Assembly (NCBI GenBank): GCA_035622275.1
Contig: DASPVQ010000001.1
Location: 10,607-74,606 of the forward strand
Direction: 5' to 3'
Length of the DNA: 64,000 bases
DNA from: Thermoplasmata archaeon
Lineage (GTDB): Archaea > Thermoplasmatota > Thermoplasmata > Lutacidiplasmatales > UBA184
The notes beneath the pieces are model-generated. The model searched no databases, had not been told where the DNA came from, and saw only the letters and a program-made list of their open reading frames with translations. Shown here piece by piece: positions 59,604 through 64,000 of the stretch; the first letter of the stretch is position 1; every line of letters starts with the position of its first letter. A program made the position numbers and the translations under genes.

Positions 59604-60032
59604 TCAGACCCCGAGCCGGTAGTAGTAGCCGGCGATGAGCACAAACCCCGCGATCGCAGCCGCGATCGCCGGGGCCACCCAGCGGATGGCTCCTCGGGAG
59701 CGGGCCTGGACCGATGCGCCGACCGAGACCAGCGGGATGGCGAAGGCGAGCCAGTAACCCGTGAGCACGGTCGTGTACAGCGCGAGCGCGGCGCGGTTGC
59801 CGTCGGGGTAGCGGAGGGCCAGCAGCGTCACGAGCGCGACGGAGCTCGCGAGGAATCCGAGGCTCACGCCGGCGGCGTCCAGGTATCCCTCGAACGCCCG
59901 GCGGCCGCGGGTCCGCAAGCGCAGCGCGAGGGCCAGCACGACGAACAGCGCGAGCGTGCCGACGAGCACGAAGAACCCCGGCGTCGCGAGCGGGAGCGGA
60001 TTCGTCCCGGGGCCCGGCATCGGCAGATCCAT
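59604..60032 (-). CDS. hypothetical polytopic membrane protein
   Basis: Four hydrophobic helices. Start at the internal ATG (MDLPMPG). Confidence 0.5.
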   Translation of the reverse strand: MDLPMPGPGTNPLPLATPGFFVLVGTLALFVVLALALRLRTRGRRAFEGYLDAAGVSLGFLASSVALVTLLALRYPDGNRAALALYTTVLTGYWLAFAIPLVSVGASVQARSRGAIRWVAPAIAAAIAGFVLIAGYYYRLGV

Positions 60033-60040
60033 GGGTCCGG

Positions 60041-60670
60041 CTACCGGGACGTCAGCAAGGCCCGCGCGGGGCCGCCATCCCCCCCGCGAAGGCGCAGGGG
60101 CAGGCACGCGAGCTCGTAGGCTCCGGGCGCGACCGACCCGAGGAGCAGGCCCTCGAGGATCAGCGCCCCGGACCCGAGGAGCGCGTGATGGACCGGAAAG
60201 CTCCCGGACGGATCCGACTCCACCGAGAGAGCGTCGATTCCCACGAGGCGGAGCCCACGCGCGGCCAGCGCTCGCGCCGCGCTCGGAGCCAGGGCGACGT
60301 AGTCCGGGAAGAACCGCAGCTCGTGCTGCCAGCGCGCCGAATTCGCGGTGCGAAACAGAACGCGCTCCGTTCCCGGAGGGATCGCGTCGACGTCGGCGGG
60401 CCCGACCTCTCGCGCCTCTTCGTCGACGGTCACCACGTGACAGCGACCGTTGAGCGCTCCGAGATCGATCGCGTCGATCGCCGGCGCGCCGGGGAGAAAG
60501 TGGCAGGGCGGATCGACGTGGGTCCCGGCGTGGGTGCCCAAGACGAGCCGGGAGACGTTGTAGGCATCGCCGCGCGCGATCGAGCGGTCGGGGGTGATCG
60601 AGTACTCCGGGTCGCCCGGGAACGACGGCATTCCGGCGAATAGGGGCATCGAGACGTCGATCCGGACCAT
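60041..60670 (-). CDS. putative cyclase / kynurenine formamidase-like family protein
   Basis: PF04199-like motifs (GTHAGTHVDPPCHF). Confidence 0.7.
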   Translation of the reverse strand: MVRIDVSMPLFAGMPSFPGDPEYSITPDRSIARGDAYNVSRLVLGTHAGTHVDPPCHFLPGAPAIDAIDLGALNGRCHVVTVDEEAREVGPADVDAIPPGTERVLFRTANSARWQHELRFFPDYVALAPSAARALAARGLRLVGIDALSVESDPSGSFPVHHALLGSGALILEGLLLGSVAPGAYELACLPLRLRGGDGGPARALLTSR

Positions 60671-60696
60671 CGGGGGGTCGCAGGTCGGGGGGTCGC
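60670..60696. repeat. tandem direct repeat TCGGGGGGTCGC x2 (spacer 3 nt) at the cyclase start codon
   Basis: Two identical 12-mers read directly. They are followed by a CTTAAC/GTTAAG element. Confidence 0.5.
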
Positions 60697-60787
60697 CTTA
60701 ACGGTTGGGTCCGTCGCGGTCCGCCGGCATCGGCCGGCGTTCGGGTCGAGCCGAAGGGTTAAGCGGACCTGCCGGCAGCGGAGCCCG

Positions 60788-62107
60788 ATGTCCCGGGCCG
60801 ACGACCCGGAGCTCGACGACGCGGACGAGCCGGAGGAGGATCGACGGCGGCGCCGTCGCGCGGCGCGGCATCCGCCGCCCCGCCGGACGCGGTCCGCGCG
60901 CCCGGTCCAGCGCTGGCGCGGGGGAGACGACGCGGAGGACGACGGGGAGGACGAGCTCGAGGCGCCCCGCACGCGTCGACGGTGGTTCTTCCGCGAGAAG
61001 ACGCCGGTCTATTGGAGGGCGCGCGATTCGCTTTACTTCGAGCCGCTCGTCGCGGTCGCGATCATCGTGATCCTTCTCGTCGGGCTGTACGCCTACACCC
61101 AGAACTGGCCGCCGATCTATGTGGTCGAGTCCCAGAGCATGCAGCACGGCTCGACGGACATCCTCGGTGTGATCAACACGGGCGATCTCGTCCTGGCGCA
61201 GCGGGTCCCGACGAGCGCGATCACGCCCTACGTGACCGGGATGCGCACGGGCTACTCCACGTACGGAGAGTACGGCGACGTGCTGCTGTACTATCCGAAC
61301 GGCGTCGGCCCGACGCCGATCATCCATCGAGCGATCCTGTTCCTACAATGGAATCCGGCCAACGGCGGCAGCTACAACGCGACGGATCTGTCCGGGCTCC
61401 CCTGCGGGACCGCGGCCGGGGCGTTCTACAACTCGTCCAGCCCGTACGGCGCCTGCTACGTCCACGACCTCACCGGTCCGCTCACGCTCTACCACGTCGG
61501 GTGGTCGGACGTTACCGTGTCGCTCGACCTCTCCCCGACGCTCCTGGGCGCCCACTCGGGCTTCGTCACCATGGGCGACTACAACTTCAACCGCCCTTGC
61601 ACCCCGGGAGTGAACTGCGTCGGAGAGTCCGACCAGGGCTCCGGGCTGAGCGCGCTCGTGGAGCCGGGGTGGATCGTCGGCGTCGCCCGCGGGATGCTCC
61701 CCTGGTTCGGCGCCTTCAAGTTGCTCCTCGAGGGAAACGCGGCGGAGGTCCCGTCCCAGTCCTGGCAGTTCCTCGGACTGACGATCGTCGGGCTCATTCT
61801 GCTGGCCTTCGGGATCCACTACGCCCTGCGGGCCGAGGGTATCGAAGACCCCCGCCGTCGCCGGCAGGAAGAGGAGGAGGTCGAACGCGACGAACCGGAG
61901 GACGAGACGCCGCCGAGTCGTACGCGACGGTTCCTGCGGGGGCTGCGGGCCTGGCGCCGCCCGGAGGAGGACGAGGAGGACGCGGTCGACCCCAAGCCTC
62001 CGCGCGACACCGCGGCCCGCCGCTCGCCGAGCCGGGGCCGACCGGCGCCGCGCGTCCGCCGCGCGCGCGCCAAGCGCTCCGCCGACGATTCGGACGAAGA
62101 CCTGTAG
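60788..62107 (+). CDS. signal peptidase I (S26/Sec11 family), long form with highly charged N- and C-terminal extensions
   Basis: VVESQSMQHGSTDILGVINTGDLVL catalytic Ser region and TM anchors. A GTTAAG element lies ~27 nt upstream. Confidence 0.75.
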   Translation: MSRADDPELDDADEPEEDRRRRRRAARHPPPRRTRSARPVQRWRGGDDAEDDGEDELEAPRTRRRWFFREKTPVYWRARDSLYFEPLVAVAIIVILLVGLYAYTQNWPPIYVVESQSMQHGSTDILGVINTGDLVLAQRVPTSAITPYVTGMRTGYSTYGEYGDVLLYYPNGVGPTPIIHRAILFLQWNPANGGSYNATDLSGLPCGTAAGAFYNSSSPYGACYVHDLTGPLTLYHVGWSDVTVSLDLSPTLLGAHSGFVTMGDYNFNRPCTPGVNCVGESDQGSGLSALVEPGWIVGVARGMLPWFGAFKLLLEGNAAEVPSQSWQFLGLTIVGLILLAFGIHYALRAEGIEDPRRRRQEEEEVERDEPEDETPPSRTRRFLRGLRAWRRPEEDEEDAVDPKPPRDTAARRSPSRGRPAPRVRRARAKRSADDSDEDL

Positions 62108-62183
62108 CGCCCGCCCCCGCCGGCTCCGGCGCCGGGCAAACCTTTAGTCCCTTTCTCCGTCCGTTTCGCCAGGGGCGCCGGGG

Positions 62184-63059
62184 ATGCATGTCATCGGAGG
62201 TACCGCCTCCACCGCGCTCGCCGAGCGCATCTCCCGGGAGCTGAGCAACGCGCCCTTCGCGATCCCGTTCACCAAGCGATTCCCGGACGGCGAACTGTAC
62301 GTCCGTGTCGGGGGCCGGCTCGAGGGAGAGGATGTCGTCGTCGTGCAGTCGACCCGGACCGACCAGGACCTGGTGGAGCTGCTGTTGCTCGAAGACGCGG
62401 TTCGCGAGGCCGGCGCGCGTCGCGTGTTCGTCGTCGTCCCGTACTTCGGCTACGCGCGGCAAGACCGCCGCTTCTTCCCCGGCGAGGCGGTCAGCGCGCG
62501 CGCGCTCTGCCGACACGTCGAGCTCGACGCCGACGTGGTCATCACCGTGGACCTGCACTCGAGCGCGACGCTCCACCAGTTCACGAAGCCTGCCTTCGAG
62601 GCCAGCGGCATCCCCGCGATCGCGCGCCTGTTGCGCGAGCGGCCGGTCGACCTATTGGTCTCTCCCGACCGGGGCGGGATCGATCGGGTGCGACGGATGG
62701 CCCAGATCCTGGACAAGCCGTGGCTCGCTCTGGAAAAAAAGCGCATCGACAGCGAGCACGTCGAGCTCTCCCTGCCCGGCGAGATCCCCGTGCCCCTCGG
62801 TGGGAAGCAGGTCGTGATCGTCGACGATGTGATCACGACAGGCGGGACGATCGTCGAGGCGGCGAAGCTGCTCAAGCGGCGCCAGGTCGCCGCCATCAGC
62901 GCCGCGTGCACCCACGGCCTCTTCCTGCGCGACGCGTTCGAGCGGATCAAGGCCGTGACGGACGACGTCTACTCGACCGACACGCTCGGCAACCCCGCCG
63001 AGAAGGCGTCGGTCGCTCCGGACATCGCTCAGATCCTGCTGCGGGAATCCGGCGGCTGA
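62184..63059 (+). CDS. prs: ribose-phosphate pyrophosphokinase
   Basis: PRPP-binding motif VVIVDDVITTGGT. 291 aa. Confidence 0.9.
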   Translation: MHVIGGTASTALAERISRELSNAPFAIPFTKRFPDGELYVRVGGRLEGEDVVVVQSTRTDQDLVELLLLEDAVREAGARRVFVVVPYFGYARQDRRFFPGEAVSARALCRHVELDADVVITVDLHSSATLHQFTKPAFEASGIPAIARLLRERPVDLLVSPDRGGIDRVRRMAQILDKPWLALEKKRIDSEHVELSLPGEIPVPLGGKQVVIVDDVITTGGTIVEAAKLLKRRQVAAISAACTHGLFLRDAFERIKAVTDDVYSTDTLGNPAEKASVAPDIAQILLRESGG

Positions 63060-63075
63060 GCGGGCGGAGATCACA

Positions 63076-64000
63076 TGGACGCTCCGCGAGCGACCCGCGG
63101 CGCTCCGGCGGAGGAGCTCCTGGAGCTCGTCCAGCTCGTGCGCCGCGAGCTGATCGTGCTCGAAGAGGGTCCGACGGGGGCGTGGGTCGAGGAGACCGCG
63201 CGCGACCTGCGCTCGGGCGCGAAGACCGGGCTCTACGTTCCGATCGCGGCCGGCGGAGGCCTCGCCTTTCGCTCCGACCGCGGCGGGGCCTCGTTCGCGC
63301 ACGTGCACGTGGGCCCCGGCGCCGGGGCGCCGGAACGCGCGGAGGCGCTCGCCAGAGCGCTGATCGAGGGACTGCCGGCCGAGATCCGATCCGTGAGCCT
63401 CGGCTTCACCGGCCTCACGACCGACGACGAGGCGCCGATGCTGGTGCGGCTCGCCGGGCGCCCGGGCTCGACCGTGATCCGCCGATTTGCCATGGAGCGG
63501 AGTCTCGGGCCGACCGACGCGACACCCCTCCCGCCGGTCCCCGACGCGCTGCGGATGCTCCCGGCACGCGACGTGACGGTGGACGCCCTCGCCGACCTCG
63601 ACCGACGGGCGTTCGAAGGCACGACCGACGAACTCCTCATCGGCTCGGAGCCCCTCTCCTACCGACGCGTCATCGAGGCGATCCTGGCCGGTGAGGTCGG
63701 CCGCTTTCTCGACGAGGCCTCGACCGCGCTCTACCGATCCGACCCGCCGCGCCTGCTCGGTGCGCTGCTCACCTGCGAGAAATCGCCGCGACACGCCTCG
63801 TTCCTCGACTTCATGGTCGAGCCGCATGCTCGACGTCGAGGCTACGGCCGGTATCTCTTGCATTGGGGCTTCCGCGCGCTCTGGGCGCTCGGCTACGAGC
63901 GGGTGCGGCTCTGGGTCAGCGAGAGCAACGTCGCCGCCCGGGGGTTGTACGACGCCGAGGGGTTTCGCGTGACCCACGAGACGACGATCTATCGCTGGGA
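63076..64000 (+). CDS. GNAT-family acetyltransferase-like protein (3' end outside the window)
   Basis: Open frame with no stop to the window end. C-terminal RRGYGRYLL...LWVSESNVAARGLYDAEGF acetyl-CoA-binding motifs. Confidence 0.6.

Overview
High-GC (~70%) archaeal chromosomal segment of essentially core-genome character. Direct protein-motif reading of the ORF track gives dnaK, an HTH regulator next to HMG-CoA synthase, thiolase and DUF35 (the archaeal mevalonate entry module), then an archaeal-type ribosomal protein operon in the order L3-L4-L23-L2-S19-L22-S3-L29-Rpp29-S17-L14-L24-S4e-L5-S14-S8-L6-L32e-L19e-L18-S5-L30-L15. That is followed by secY, a DUF106 insertase-like gene, cmk and cbf5, then a formate dehydrogenase and molybdenum-cofactor gene block. 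The rest holds aIF2-gamma, S6e, PCNA, CysRS, AlaX, MeaB with the MCM B12 subunit, glycosyltransferases and secretion or peptidase genes. Two tRNA genes are present (Ala-GGC and Arg-TCT), and both appear to carry a short GC-hairpin intron inside the T-loop at position 59/60. Short A/T islands (TTTATA, TTAAATA or the palindrome CTTAAG) sit 25-35 nt upstream of many start codons, which is consistent with archaeal TATA boxes driving leaderless mRNAs. No CRISPR array, integrase, transposase or obvious defence system was seen. Because of the GC content the six-frame track contains many long spurious antisense or alternative-frame ORFs, listed under rejected. CDS coordinates are anchored to the ORF track by amino-acid counting. 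Motif coordinates read from the raw sequence may be off by 1-2 nt.
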